From: Candidatus Gottesmanbacteria bacterium
Lineage (GTDB): Bacteria; Patescibacteriota; Microgenomatia; UBA10105; UBA927
Length of the DNA stretch: 64,000 nucleotides
Assembly (NCBI GenBank): GCA_963711735.1
Contig: CAVQFA010000003.1
Coordinates: 210,971 to 274,970 of the forward strand
Direction: 5' to 3'
Shown here: in pieces, positions 9,145 through 17,910 of the stretch
Numbering within the stretch: the stretch's first letter is position 1
How the letters are laid out: the number at the start of each line of letters is the position of its first letter
Notes under the pieces: model-generated
Database searches by the model: none
Seen by the model: only the letters and a program-made list of their open reading frames with translations
Told to the model about the DNA's origin: nothing
Program-made: the position numbers and the translations under genes

Positions 9145-9519
9145 ATGGAAATTTCGATCTATCTCGCAAAGTTTTGGGGCAGCCTGTTCATAATTCTTGG
9201 CCTCATGTCCATCGGGGCAAAAATGCTGGGGAGAATTATAGAATATACGGAAGACAAAACCATTACCATCTCAACGGGATATATAACCTTCCTTTTGGGA
9301 TTAATTACCGTGACGCTCCACAATATTTGGGTTGTTGATTGGAGAGTGGCTATCACTATTTTAGGGTGGGTCACATTATTAAAGGGAATTGAAAAAATCG
9401 GATTTCCTGATCGCGTTCATAAAAAAGCCGGGATGTTTAAAGGCGGGCAGATGGTTTGGGGATTCGTGATTTTTCTGATCGGCGCATTTTATTTCTGGAT
9501 AAGTCTGATACTCCGATAA
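9145..9519 (+). CDS. Four-TM membrane protein (paralog of 8450)
   Basis: HNIWVVDWRVAITILGW. Confidence 0.75.
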   Translation: MEISIYLAKFWGSLFIILGLMSIGAKMLGRIIEYTEDKTITISTGYITFLLGLITVTLHNIWVVDWRVAITILGWVTLLKGIEKIGFPDRVHKKAGMFKGGQMVWGFVIFLIGAFYFWISLILR

Positions 9520-9572
9520 AATTTTTCTAAACATTCCGTAACTACAGACCAGGAAATTTAAGCGATTTATAA

Positions 9573-9603
9573 TTGATTCTGACATCGTGTATCCCGCGGA
9601 GCC
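9573..9603 (+). repeat. Cassette-boundary repeat A4
   Basis: TTGATTCTGACATCGTGTATCCCGCGGAGCC; 23/30 identical to the A1-A3 consensus, ungapped. Confidence 0.8.
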
Positions 9604-9621
9604 GAATATCATTGGCTGACT

Positions 9622-9840
9622 TTACCCTCCGGATTTGAGGTCGTGTTCCACTCTGACAGTGAGGTTCGATTTAATACCGGACAGTGCCGGTAAAAGATGG
9701 TTCAGGACCTGTTCAGCGGTCATCCTGAATGTCCTGTTGCGCGCCGATATCTTTAACCATCCGTCCTTATCGCGGAAATAGCGTTCCGTAAAGTTTTTCG
9801 TTCCGATAAAAATAGTATAGCTGTCATTGGTAAATTTCAT
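9622..9840 (-). CDS. Hypothetical 72-aa protein, sole gene between A4 and A5
   Basis: ORF with TGTTAAAAT extended -10 just upstream of ATG. Confidence 0.7.
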   Translation of the reverse strand: MKFTNDSYTIFIGTKNFTERYFRDKDGWLKISARNRTFRMTAEQVLNHLLPALSGIKSNLTVRVEHDLKSGG

Positions 9841-9858
9841 TATTACGATTTTAACATA

Positions 9859-9888
9859 TACGTTCTCACTTCATTCACGAGGGGAGCA
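9859..9888 (+). repeat. Cassette-boundary repeat A5 (diverged)
   Basis: TACGTTCTCACTTCATTCACGAGGGGAGCA keeps TA.G.TCT.AC.TC.T.CA and GGAGCA. Confidence 0.6.
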
Positions 9889-9944
9889 AATAAATTATAT
9901 GCTGTTACAACAATCCGTTTTGTATGTGATAAAATTGAATATTG

Positions 9945-10253
9945 ATGACAATCCCAAGAAACATTAACCTATCGATAAATTATCAGGAAGGCTCCGTTGT
10001 CAGTAAAGAGATAGTAAATAAACCCACGGGCACAATTACTCTTTTTGCACTTGATAAAGGTCAGGGATTAAGCGAGCATACAGCTCCTTATGATGCATTA
10101 GTGGTGGTTACGGAAGGTTTAGCTGAAATAATCGTTTCAGGAGAAAAAAATGAAGTCAAAACCGGTGAAATGTTGCTTATACCTGTAAAAGCCCCACACT
10201 CCCTCAAAGCAACCCAATCATTCAAAATGATGTTAATTATGATGAAATCATAA
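9945..10253 (+). CDS. Cupin domain protein
   Basis: GQGLSEHTAPYDA...PHSLKA. Confidence 0.9.
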   Translation: MTIPRNINLSINYQEGSVVSKEIVNKPTGTITLFALDKGQGLSEHTAPYDALVVVTEGLAEIIVSGEKNEVKTGEMLLIPVKAPHSLKATQSFKMMLIMMKS

Positions 10254-10264
10254 GGAGGATATTT

Positions 10265-10810
10265 ATGAAAAAACCAACTCAGGATTTAAATGAAGAGCAC
10301 GGCGGTATCATGCTCATGCTTAACATTATGGGAAAAGTTGCCCGGAAACTGAGAAACGGAGAAGATGTCCCGAAAGAGCACCTCGGGAAAATCGTTGAAT
10401 TTTTACGGAACTTTGCAGATAAATGCCATCACGGGAAAGAAGAAGATATATTGTTTCCTGAACTTGTTAAAGACCCATCTAACACGAAAACCGTCAACGA
10501 ATTATTAGGTGAGCACAAAACCGGCCGGGATTATATCCGCGGAATAGCTGATTCCGTTGAAAAATATGAGAAAGGCAATTCCGACGCTTTTCACATAGCC
10601 GTAAACGCAGAAGGATACATCCGGCTACTGACAGAACATATCAAAAAAGAAAACATCAACCTTTTTCCGAAAGCCGATAAGGAACTTTCCGAAAAACAGC
10701 AGGATAATATAGCTGAACGTTTTGAAATATTGGAAAAAGATGTTATCGGAGAGGGGAAGCATGAGGAATATCACGGATGGCTGAAAGAATTAAAACAGAT
10801 TTATACATAA
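10265..10810 (+). CDS. Hemerythrin HHE domain protein
   Basis: EH, CHHGKEE..LFP, EH, HIKKEN..LFP. Confidence 0.9.
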   Translation: MKKPTQDLNEEHGGIMLMLNIMGKVARKLRNGEDVPKEHLGKIVEFLRNFADKCHHGKEEDILFPELVKDPSNTKTVNELLGEHKTGRDYIRGIADSVEKYEKGNSDAFHIAVNAEGYIRLLTEHIKKENINLFPKADKELSEKQQDNIAERFEILEKDVIGEGKHEEYHGWLKELKQIYT

Positions 10811-10892
10811 AATAAGGTTTTTTGATTTAGATATATTACATATACCGATAATTTGCATTACCGGGATGAGAAGCGTATATTTAAGGCGGAAT

Positions 10893-11414
10893 ATGGAAAA
10901 TGAAAATAAAAAACAGGGGAATGATTCCGAAAGCACGAAGGGTGTTTCAACAGCTACAAAATTGAGATATAGCCACAAATTCCGGTTATGGTTTATCGGA
11001 ATTCTTCTGGTAATTGTAGCAATTCTTTTTATATTTTTTGCAAAACTCAGAGTAGCACTGGTTATCGCATTTATAGCACTCCTTGCAGCATTCGGCCTGG
11101 AAGCAACAAAGAATGACTTTGATCTGAAAAAACTTATAGAAACAAAATCATTCCAGGATTCCAAGGTTGCCCGGGATGAACTGGGAAACGTTAAGACAAA
11201 CGATTTAGGCCAGATTTTATTTGATAAGCTTGGAAATGTGACAACAGACAAAACCACCGGGAAAAAAGCAGATGAGTACAATTGTGATGATTTTAAAACT
11301 CAACCGGAAGCCCAGGCATTTTTCCTGAAAGTCGGAGGCGTAGGAAATGATGTGAACCGCCTCGACGGTAATAAAGACGGTGTTGCGTGTCAGAGTTTAC
11401 CCAGAGGGAAGTAA
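10893..11414 (+). CDS. Membrane protein with C-terminal Excalibur Ca-binding domain
   Basis: YNCDDFKTQPEAQ...RLDGNKDGVACQSLP. Confidence 0.8.
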   Translation: MENENKKQGNDSESTKGVSTATKLRYSHKFRLWFIGILLVIVAILFIFFAKLRVALVIAFIALLAAFGLEATKNDFDLKKLIETKSFQDSKVARDELGNVKTNDLGQILFDKLGNVTTDKTTGKKADEYNCDDFKTQPEAQAFFLKVGGVGNDVNRLDGNKDGVACQSLPRGK

Positions 11415-11447
11415 AATACTCCTATTCGTTTTTTTCCGACAAAGACG

Positions 11448-11482
11448 TTCCCACATTATTCTCATGCAGGTTTTTTTATAAT
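11448..11482 (+). promoter_or_regulatory. OmpR-type box (TTCTCAT class) plus -10
   Basis: TTCCCAC-ATTA-TTCTCAT-N11-TATAAT. Confidence 0.65.
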
Positions 11483-11535
11483 AAACGAAAATTAATGCAC
11501 AGAAACCGTTAAAGCACGGAGAAAGGATTTCCTGT

Positions 11536-12057
11536 ATGAAAAGTTCACCCGGGGATATTATTTATGAACGCATCCTGGATGCGCCACGGGAACGTGTTTG
11601 GAAAGCGTGGACAGATCCGGAGATGATTAAAAAATGGTGGGGCCCCAAAAACTTTACCGCACCGGAGGTGTACGTAGATTTGCGCAAAGGAGGCTCTTAC
11701 CTCTATTGTATGCGCGGATCACCGGCTCCCGGTGCACCTGTCCGGGATTTCTGGAGTGCCGGTTCCTATCGTGAGATAGTGCCGATGGAAAAGTTGGTTG
11801 TAACGGATACGTTTTCTGATGAACACGGCAATATAGTAGATCCCCTAAAATACGGAATGAGTAAAGACTATCCCAAGGAAGCGGTAGTCACCATACTGTT
11901 CGAAGACGTAAACGGAAAAACAAAACTATCCATTATATACGCCAAACCTTTATCTGACGCGGCGTATGAAGCGATGGTAAAAAGCGGGATGGATGAGGGA
12001 TGGAATCAGTCCCTGGATAAATTAGAAGATAGCTTATCAAATCCACAATCCATATAA
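11536..12057 (+). CDS. SRPBCC/AHSA1 domain protein
   Basis: DAPRERVWKAWTDPE..KWWGP and GWNQSLDKL. Confidence 0.9.
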   Translation: MKSSPGDIIYERILDAPRERVWKAWTDPEMIKKWWGPKNFTAPEVYVDLRKGGSYLYCMRGSPAPGAPVRDFWSAGSYREIVPMEKLVVTDTFSDEHGNIVDPLKYGMSKDYPKEAVVTILFEDVNGKTKLSIIYAKPLSDAAYEAMVKSGMDEGWNQSLDKLEDSLSNPQSI

Positions 12058-12084
12058 TACCAAGGGTATGAAAATACGGACAGT

Positions 12085-12441
12085 ATGAAATCATTTACCA
12101 GTGTTGAAGAATATATCAGAAGTGCACCCGGGGAAATTCAGGACAAGCTTAAAATTCTGAGAACCGTCATCAGGGAAACCATTCCGAAAGCTAAGGAAAA
12201 AATAAGCTACGGTATGCCGTATTACAGTTATAATGGGCGTCTTGCATATTTTCGGCTTCAAGCCAACCATATCGGTCTTTACATTCCACCTCCGGTTATA
12301 AGAGAACATAAAAAAGAGCTGCATAAGTACGGAACTTCAACGGCAACCGTCCGTTTCCCTCTGGACGACAAACTTCCGGTCGCGCTTATAAAAAAACTCG
12401 TTAAATCACGAATGAAAAAGAACGACGAAGCAAAACGGTGA
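12085..12441 (+). CDS. YdhG/DUF1801 family protein
   Basis: SVEEYI, EKISYGMPYY, HIGLY, TVRFPLD..LP. Confidence 0.85.
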   Translation: MKSFTSVEEYIRSAPGEIQDKLKILRTVIRETIPKAKEKISYGMPYYSYNGRLAYFRLQANHIGLYIPPPVIREHKKELHKYGTSTATVRFPLDDKLPVALIKKLVKSRMKKNDEAKR

Positions 12442-12459
12442 TTTTAGGTGAAGCATATT

Positions 12460-12494
12460 TTCTCATCTTATTCTCATAATATTTATCGTATTAT
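12460..12494 (+). promoter_or_regulatory. OmpR-type box (TTCTCAT class) plus -10
   Basis: TTCTCAT-CTTA-TTCTCAT-N11-TATTAT. Confidence 0.75.
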
Positions 12495-12502
12495 CCGCTC
12501 AT

Positions 12503-12991
12503 ATGGATAATACAGATAATTCAAACAACAGTACAAATTCAGGTAATTACGGAAAAAGGCCACTCTGGCAATGGATCGCTATATATGCCGTCATTGCCGT
12601 GGTCGTATACGGACTCGTGTATTACTTTATCCTTGCAAGAGGCAGCGGGTCTACTTCCGGTCAGGTAACTCAAAGTCCACCGGCAATTTCACAATCGGTT
12701 ACACCCGGGTCAACCCGGCAATCCGAAAATGCCGTTTCCCTGACTGCTGAAGGATTTTCACCGTCAACACTCACGATAAAGGCAGGTTCAACGGTGACGT
12801 GGACAAATAATAGCGGCAGCGATGCGACGGTTAACTCAGATCCTCACCCAATTCATACCAATTACCCTCCTCTCAATTTAGGGAGCTTCTCTGACGGAGG
12901 AACACTCTCACTGGTTTTTGATAAAGCGGGGACATACGGTTACCACAACCACCTCAACCCAAGTCAAAAAGGAACGGTTATTGTACAGTAA
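12503..12991 (+). CDS. Membrane-anchored cupredoxin-fold protein
   Basis: GFSPSTLTIKAGSTVTWTN, SDPHPIH, GTYGYHNHLNP...GTVIVQ. Confidence 0.85.
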   Translation: MDNTDNSNNSTNSGNYGKRPLWQWIAIYAVIAVVVYGLVYYFILARGSGSTSGQVTQSPPAISQSVTPGSTRQSENAVSLTAEGFSPSTLTIKAGSTVTWTNNSGSDATVNSDPHPIHTNYPPLNLGSFSDGGTLSLVFDKAGTYGYHNHLNPSQKGTVIVQ

Positions 12992-13035
12992 ATAGCGGCT
13001 GCTTTTTTCTTGACTTGGTTTTGTATAATAACCGT

Positions 13036-13449
13036 ATGTGGACATGCTCTACGTGCGGCAGAATATTCCAAAAAACAAACCAACCTCACAGTTGTCATAC
13101 GGTTCCCTTAGAACAACACTTCAAAAATAAAGAATACGCAAAAGAAATATTTGAATACCTGGTAAAAGAAATTAACGGAAAGGTCGGTAAAAGCAGGATA
13201 ATATCTCTTCCCTGCTGTATTCATTTGTTCGGAAAATATGATTTTCTGGCTGTTTTACCCGGGAAAGACGGTTTGGAAATCAGGTTTTCACTGGATCGGA
13301 TACTGGATAGCTCCAGGTTAAAGCAAAGTGTTCCGGTATCATCGAAATTTTTTAAAAACTGTATTGATTTGCACACACAAGAAGAATTGGACCAAGAATG
13401 CATCGGTTGGTTAAAGCAGGCGTATTATCCGAAAGACAAACGAGTATAA
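13036..13449 (+). CDS. DUF5655-like protein with N-terminal Zn-finger
   Basis: MWTCSTCGR.F...NQPHSC; C-terminal WLKQAY. Confidence 0.7.
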   Translation: MWTCSTCGRIFQKTNQPHSCHTVPLEQHFKNKEYAKEIFEYLVKEINGKVGKSRIISLPCCIHLFGKYDFLAVLPGKDGLEIRFSLDRILDSSRLKQSVPVSSKFFKNCIDLHTQEELDQECIGWLKQAYYPKDKRV

Positions 13450-13509
13450 TTTTTAATTCCTGTTTCTTATTTCCTCACACAAATTCCACGCATGTATGAT
13501 AAATGCTAA

Positions 13510-13890
13510 TTAATAAAAAACACGCTCTTTTCCGGACGGCACAAACCGTATGGATAAAGAATTGACACAATGTCTGACGTTCGTATGGGTGTAGTGCTCA
13601 TTTTCAAATACGTGTCCCAGATGGGCATTACAATGTGCACATACTATTTCCGTTCTCAGCTTGTCGGGATCCGGGATTCGGTTGACTGCATCGGGAAAAT
13701 TTTCATCGAAAGCCGGCCAACCGCACCCGGCATCGAATTTACTTTTTGATGAAAAAAGCGGGAAGTTGCACCGCCTGCAGATAAACACACCTCCTTTGAA
13801 GAAATTATCATATTCTCCGGTAAAAGGTGTTTCTGTGCCCTTACGTTCAATTATTCTTTTTTCATCGTCAGTTAACGGATTAAACCGCAT
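13510..13890 (-). CDS. msrB: Peptide methionine-R-sulfoxide reductase
   Basis: GTETPFTGEY, CGWPAF, HLGHVF, RHCVNS. Confidence 0.95.
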   Translation of the reverse strand: MRFNPLTDDEKRIIERKGTETPFTGEYDNFFKGGVFICRRCNFPLFSSKSKFDAGCGWPAFDENFPDAVNRIPDPDKLRTEIVCAHCNAHLGHVFENEHYTHTNVRHCVNSLSIRFVPSGKERVFY

Positions 13891-13943
13891 ACGATGTGAT
13901 GTATATCATTTTTTGCATGAGACTGAGCTGAGTCTGTTTATTT

Positions 13944-15443
13944 TTATACAAAACCGGGAAAAAAGTCGGTTTTAATTCTCCCTTTATTGACCCCGAGACT
14001 TTTCAGCAGATTTTCCGTGGCAGATACCATAGCGTGAGGACCGGAAATATAAAACATTCTTTGTTGATAATCAGGAACTAAGTGCGGGATGTTATGTATA
14101 TCAAAATGTCCGGACACACTGGTTAGGTGATATACCACTCTGAGACCTATTTGAGACCCGGCTTGGGTAAATAAATCACGGTAAACAATTTCGGATGCAT
14201 TTTTATTGGAGTATAGGAGTATCATATCTCGTTTTTGATTTGAGTCTAACAGGTATTTGATCATGCTTCGGAATGGTGTGATACCGATTCCACCGGCAAT
14301 AAACACGATTTTTTCCCTTGGATTTTCGGGAAGAGTGAAATCTCCCGACAATTGAGATGCAATAATTGTAGGAGCATCAACAGACCGAAGCGCTTTTTTG
14401 TAACTGCTGCTGTTTGGAGGGAATTTTATGGTAATCCGGAGTTCCTTTTCCGTCGGTGAAGAAGCGAGAGTAAAATACCGGCGGGTACCACGACTATCGG
14501 AATTACGGTGTGCAAGAGTCCATTCCATATATTGTCCCGGGAGGTAAAAAGTTTTTTTACCCGGTGAAAAAATAAAATCAAACGTGTCAGGAGCAATTTG
14601 TATTTTTTGTTTCAGCCGTAACATCAGTTTTTGTTTCGGACTTACAATATAAGAAAAGATATTACCGATAACGAGTGCTTGTTCCGGTGTAAAGTATAAC
14701 GTTCCGATATGGATCTGGGGAACAAAAAGAAATCCTACCAAGGAACCAAATACAAATTGGAGATTTTTACTGGTTGGGTTGGTTAGCGGTTCAGTCAGCA
14801 TAATACCGGCAAAGAAAAGGAGCGGAGAACTGAGGATGAGGTTATTTATGATAAGAAAAAGGTTATTTCCGCGTAAAAGTCCGAAACCCAAAGAGAGAAA
14901 GAAGACCATAAAGAGGAAACCGTTGACCATATCCTGACGACGAATTTTTCTGATAATCAGAAGTGATCCGATGGCAACAGGGAGAGCCATATAGGCAGTA
15001 CCAATCCACCAGGAGGCAGAAGCATTTAAACCAAGAGCACTCAAAACTACTGCAATTGCGGCAGGATTAAACAGGTGTTTATTCCCTATTGCCAGGATAT
15101 ATTTTGACGCGGTGGCAAGCAATGCAACCCAAAAAAGGAAACTTAAACCACCAGGAGAACTCACCGGGGTCACTATAAGTCCTAAGATAAGCGAGGTGAT
15201 GTAAACCGATTCGACATTCGTGGGAGCATGAAATACTTTGGCAAACACGTCATTGCTGATTTTACATACAAGGAGAATAAACCCTATGGAAAAAAGAAGC
15301 GCAACCGGGCTGAAGGGCAACAAATTGAAACTGGCGAGCACAACCGCAATACCGGAAAAGAAGATGAGAACATTCAGAACCAACCGGTACATGGTGATCT
15401 GATTTAGAAAACTATCGATGGCATCAGTTATTTTTGACCACAT
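13944..15443 (-). CDS. RnfD/NqrB-like membrane domain fused to FAD/NAD-binding ferredoxin-reductase domain
   Basis: KHLFNPAA and MLTEPLT in the membrane part; RYFTLASSP, AGGIGITPFRSM, YISGP in the reductase part. Confidence 0.85.
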   Translation of the reverse strand: MWSKITDAIDSFLNQITMYRLVLNVLIFFSGIAVVLASFNLLPFSPVALLFSIGFILLVCKISNDVFAKVFHAPTNVESVYITSLILGLIVTPVSSPGGLSFLFWVALLATASKYILAIGNKHLFNPAAIAVVLSALGLNASASWWIGTAYMALPVAIGSLLIIRKIRRQDMVNGFLFMVFFLSLGFGLLRGNNLFLIINNLILSSPLLFFAGIMLTEPLTNPTSKNLQFVFGSLVGFLFVPQIHIGTLYFTPEQALVIGNIFSYIVSPKQKLMLRLKQKIQIAPDTFDFIFSPGKKTFYLPGQYMEWTLAHRNSDSRGTRRYFTLASSPTEKELRITIKFPPNSSSYKKALRSVDAPTIIASQLSGDFTLPENPREKIVFIAGGIGITPFRSMIKYLLDSNQKRDMILLYSNKNASEIVYRDLFTQAGSQIGLRVVYHLTSVSGHFDIHNIPHLVPDYQQRMFYISGPHAMVSATENLLKSLGVNKGRIKTDFFPGFV

Positions 15444-16176
15444 ACTTCTCAAAGCCGGGGGTAAACGTTGCAATTCCTTTATCATCTATAGAGTATGCAT
15501 CAAATCCCCTGAGGGATGCAATAAACCCAACGCCTTTTTCTCTCATGGCAAAAGCAGCTGTTGCAAAACGGTCGGCTTCAAAAACATTCGGACCGATAAC
15601 TGTTAGGCTTACAATTTCATTAATCGGCGTATGAGGATGAAAAGGATCATAAATATGCTGACCGCGAACGGACGTTCCGGATGTGGCAATTCCCTGGTTT
15701 CCTATAGTTACAATTTTGATATTCTGATATCGGTTAAACGGACTCCGAATACCGATTACCCATGGTTTCTGTTGTGAGTTATATCCTTTTACCTGTATAT
15801 CACCTCCGGCATCAACGTAGTAATCGGTAAATCCCATTCTATCAATACGTTTTGTGGCGTTGTATATTGCATAACCTTTTACTATCCCGGAAGGATCAGT
15901 AAAACCGTCAGGACGGCAAATATTAAAATAGCCGTGCGTACGTATCTTTGTCTCTTCGGCCTTTTTCATTACGTATTTCATTTGGGGACTTAACCCGGCA
16001 TGTGTGATTTTTCCGCGGTTAAAAAGAGAAATTTCGCTGTTTTTTTTATACGTACTGAATTGAGCATCTATAGCTTTGAAATAATCAAAAATTTTATCTA
16101 TATCAGTCCCGGAAACCCGGGAGCTGGTAATCTCGACAGTAATCGGCATGCCCATTAACAGACGTTGCTGTTTCAT
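15424..16176 (-). CDS. apbE: FAD:protein FMN transferase
   Basis: DPSGIVKGYA, VDAGGDI, IATSG, HIYDP, ADRFATA. Confidence 0.9.
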   Translation of the reverse strand: MKQQRLLMGMPITVEITSSRVSGTDIDKIFDYFKAIDAQFSTYKKNSEISLFNRGKITHAGLSPQMKYVMKKAEETKIRTHGYFNICRPDGFTDPSGIVKGYAIYNATKRIDRMGFTDYYVDAGGDIQVKGYNSQQKPWVIGIRSPFNRYQNIKIVTIGNQGIATSGTSVRGQHIYDPFHPHTPINEIVSLTVIGPNVFEADRFATAAFAMREKGVGFIASLRGFDAYSIDDKGIATFTPGFEKYVVKNN

Positions 16177-16181
16177 ACGCT

Positions 16182-16631
16182 TTATTTTTTTGCTTTATCC
16201 AGTGCAGACTGCAGGGAATTTACAAAAGCCCGGCTTGTATCAGTCGCTCCGGAGACAATATCAACAGAAGCATTTTGAATCTGAATAGCTTCGGACTGAA
16301 GAACCGGTAATGCATATGTGTTGATCGCAATGGAGCGGTTGCGGTCGTTGGGATACTGAAGGATTGTAATGTCAGCTAATTTTCCGTTTTGAATAACCGC
16401 AGCAACCTGTATATTCCCATAATAAGCGTCAGCAACATCTCCGTTATACGTACCATTGTTATACCCTGTAGATGTCGTGGGATTAGGAATAGTCGTTATG
16501 TTGTTGCCGGAATCGGGATTGAGTGTGGGTGCTGGGTTAGATACCGGGGAAGAAACGGAATCTTTACGTGTGACAAAACTGTAAAAGAGAAATGAAAGAA
16601 TAACTACAGCAGAAAGAATATATTTTTTCAT
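16182..16631 (-). CDS. Extracytoplasmic FMN-binding protein
   Basis: N-terminal TM and flavinylation motif VDIVSGATDTS. Confidence 0.9.
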   Translation of the reverse strand: MKKYILSAVVILSFLFYSFVTRKDSVSSPVSNPAPTLNPDSGNNITTIPNPTTSTGYNNGTYNGDVADAYYGNIQVAAVIQNGKLADITILQYPNDRNRSIAINTYALPVLQSEAIQIQNASVDIVSGATDTSRAFVNSLQSALDKAKK

Positions 16632-16654
16632 AATTATTGAGATAACTGATGTAA

Positions 16655-16698
16655 AGTCTAATAGAGCAGCCTGAATTTAAACTGAAATATACCTGTGA
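16655..16698 (-). promoter_or_regulatory. OmpR-type box (TTTTCAG class) plus -10 for the flavin operon
   Basis: Minus strand TCACAG-GTAT-ATTTCAG-TTTA-AATTCAG-N10-TAGACT. Confidence 0.55.
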
Positions 16699-16772
16699 AA
16701 CATGCTTATGTATACCCTGGGGAAAATAAACCCTTTTTCATCAGCTAATATTCAGAAAACAACTGGTACACT

Positions 16773-17849
16773 ATGAATACCTTGAAAAGACGTGTGTATA
16801 TTATTTTTATTTTTGCTGTGTGTGTTGCCGTTGGAGCTATTGCCTATGCCCGAATGCCGCGAAATACGAAATTCACACAAAGAAATTCCTCTGCTGAATC
16901 AATAAATTACGGTGGACCGGCGAATGAACCCAATACTCTATCAATTGCATACATGCGTACGCAGGAATACCCGGGAAGCGACATTGTTATAGAACAAACC
17001 TTACCTGACGGTTCAAACTACAGCAGATACATCGCATCGTACAAGTCTGATGGATTAAAGATTTATGCACTGTTAACCGTTCCGCAAGGGAGTCCGCCAT
17101 CCGGCGGCTGGCCGGTAATCATATTTAATCATGGCTATATTCCCCCTGAACAATACAGGACAACAGAAAGATACCTTGCATATACCGACGCATTCTCGAG
17201 AAACGGGTATATAGTTTTTAAATCCGATTACCGGGGACACGGCAATTCTGAAGGGGAGCCTGATTATCCCGAATATTCACCATCCTACACAATCGATATT
17301 CTTAATGCTATTTCTTCAATTAAAAGATATAAAGGAGCTGATCCGAATAGAATCGGCATGTGGGGCCATTCAATGGGCGGAACAATTACATTCAGATCTT
17401 TAGTTGTTTCAAAAGATATCAAAGCAGCAGAAATCTGGGCAGGCGTTGTCGGGACATTCCGGGACCTTGCTGAGAATCATCACGGGAGATATACCAACAG
17501 ACCTCACCCGTCACCACAACCGGGAGAACCCACTAGACGTCCTGACAGAAGGGCACTCATGGCTCAACAATACGGAGATATAAATACAAACCCGCAGTTT
17601 TGGGCGTCAATTGACCCGATGACCTACATCAAGGATATTATTGCTCCAATTCAGATACAGCATGGTACAGAAGACGAGGAAGTACCGTATGTTTTAAGCC
17701 AAAAACTGGATACGGCATTAAAAAATGCCGGTAAAACGGTTACATTTTATTCGTATGAAAGGGATAACCACAATCTCTCAGACAATCTGAATACGGCTTT
17801 GGATCGTTCAGTAGAGTTTTTTGACAAGTATTTGAAAAACGGAAACTGA
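16773..17849 (+). CDS. Exported alpha/beta hydrolase (S9 peptidase-like)
   Basis: GMWGHSMGG, HGTEDEEVP, DNHN. Confidence 0.9.
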   Translation: MNTLKRRVYIIFIFAVCVAVGAIAYARMPRNTKFTQRNSSAESINYGGPANEPNTLSIAYMRTQEYPGSDIVIEQTLPDGSNYSRYIASYKSDGLKIYALLTVPQGSPPSGGWPVIIFNHGYIPPEQYRTTERYLAYTDAFSRNGYIVFKSDYRGHGNSEGEPDYPEYSPSYTIDILNAISSIKRYKGADPNRIGMWGHSMGGTITFRSLVVSKDIKAAEIWAGVVGTFRDLAENHHGRYTNRPHPSPQPGEPTRRPDRRALMAQQYGDINTNPQFWASIDPMTYIKDIIAPIQIQHGTEDEEVPYVLSQKLDTALKNAGKTVTFYSYERDNHNLSDNLNTALDRSVEFFDKYLKNGN

Positions 17850-17910
17850 TTGCATATGCTCGCGAGACTCAGCTTGCCATCCGGATAAAATATTTATATA
17901 CTGCAGTCGT

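Noticed and set aside
3992-9888. CRISPR array, classical attC integron or dif modules
   Set aside because: Spacing is 0.3-3 kb with genes between repeats; no cas or intI in the window; no RYYYAAC...GTTRRRY hairpin or XerC/D-like arms.
11385-11414. Further boundary repeat at CCAGAGGGAAGT
   Set aside because: Explained by the coding sequence (SLPRGK) and the left arm does not match; a similar weak hit near 17865 was also dropped.
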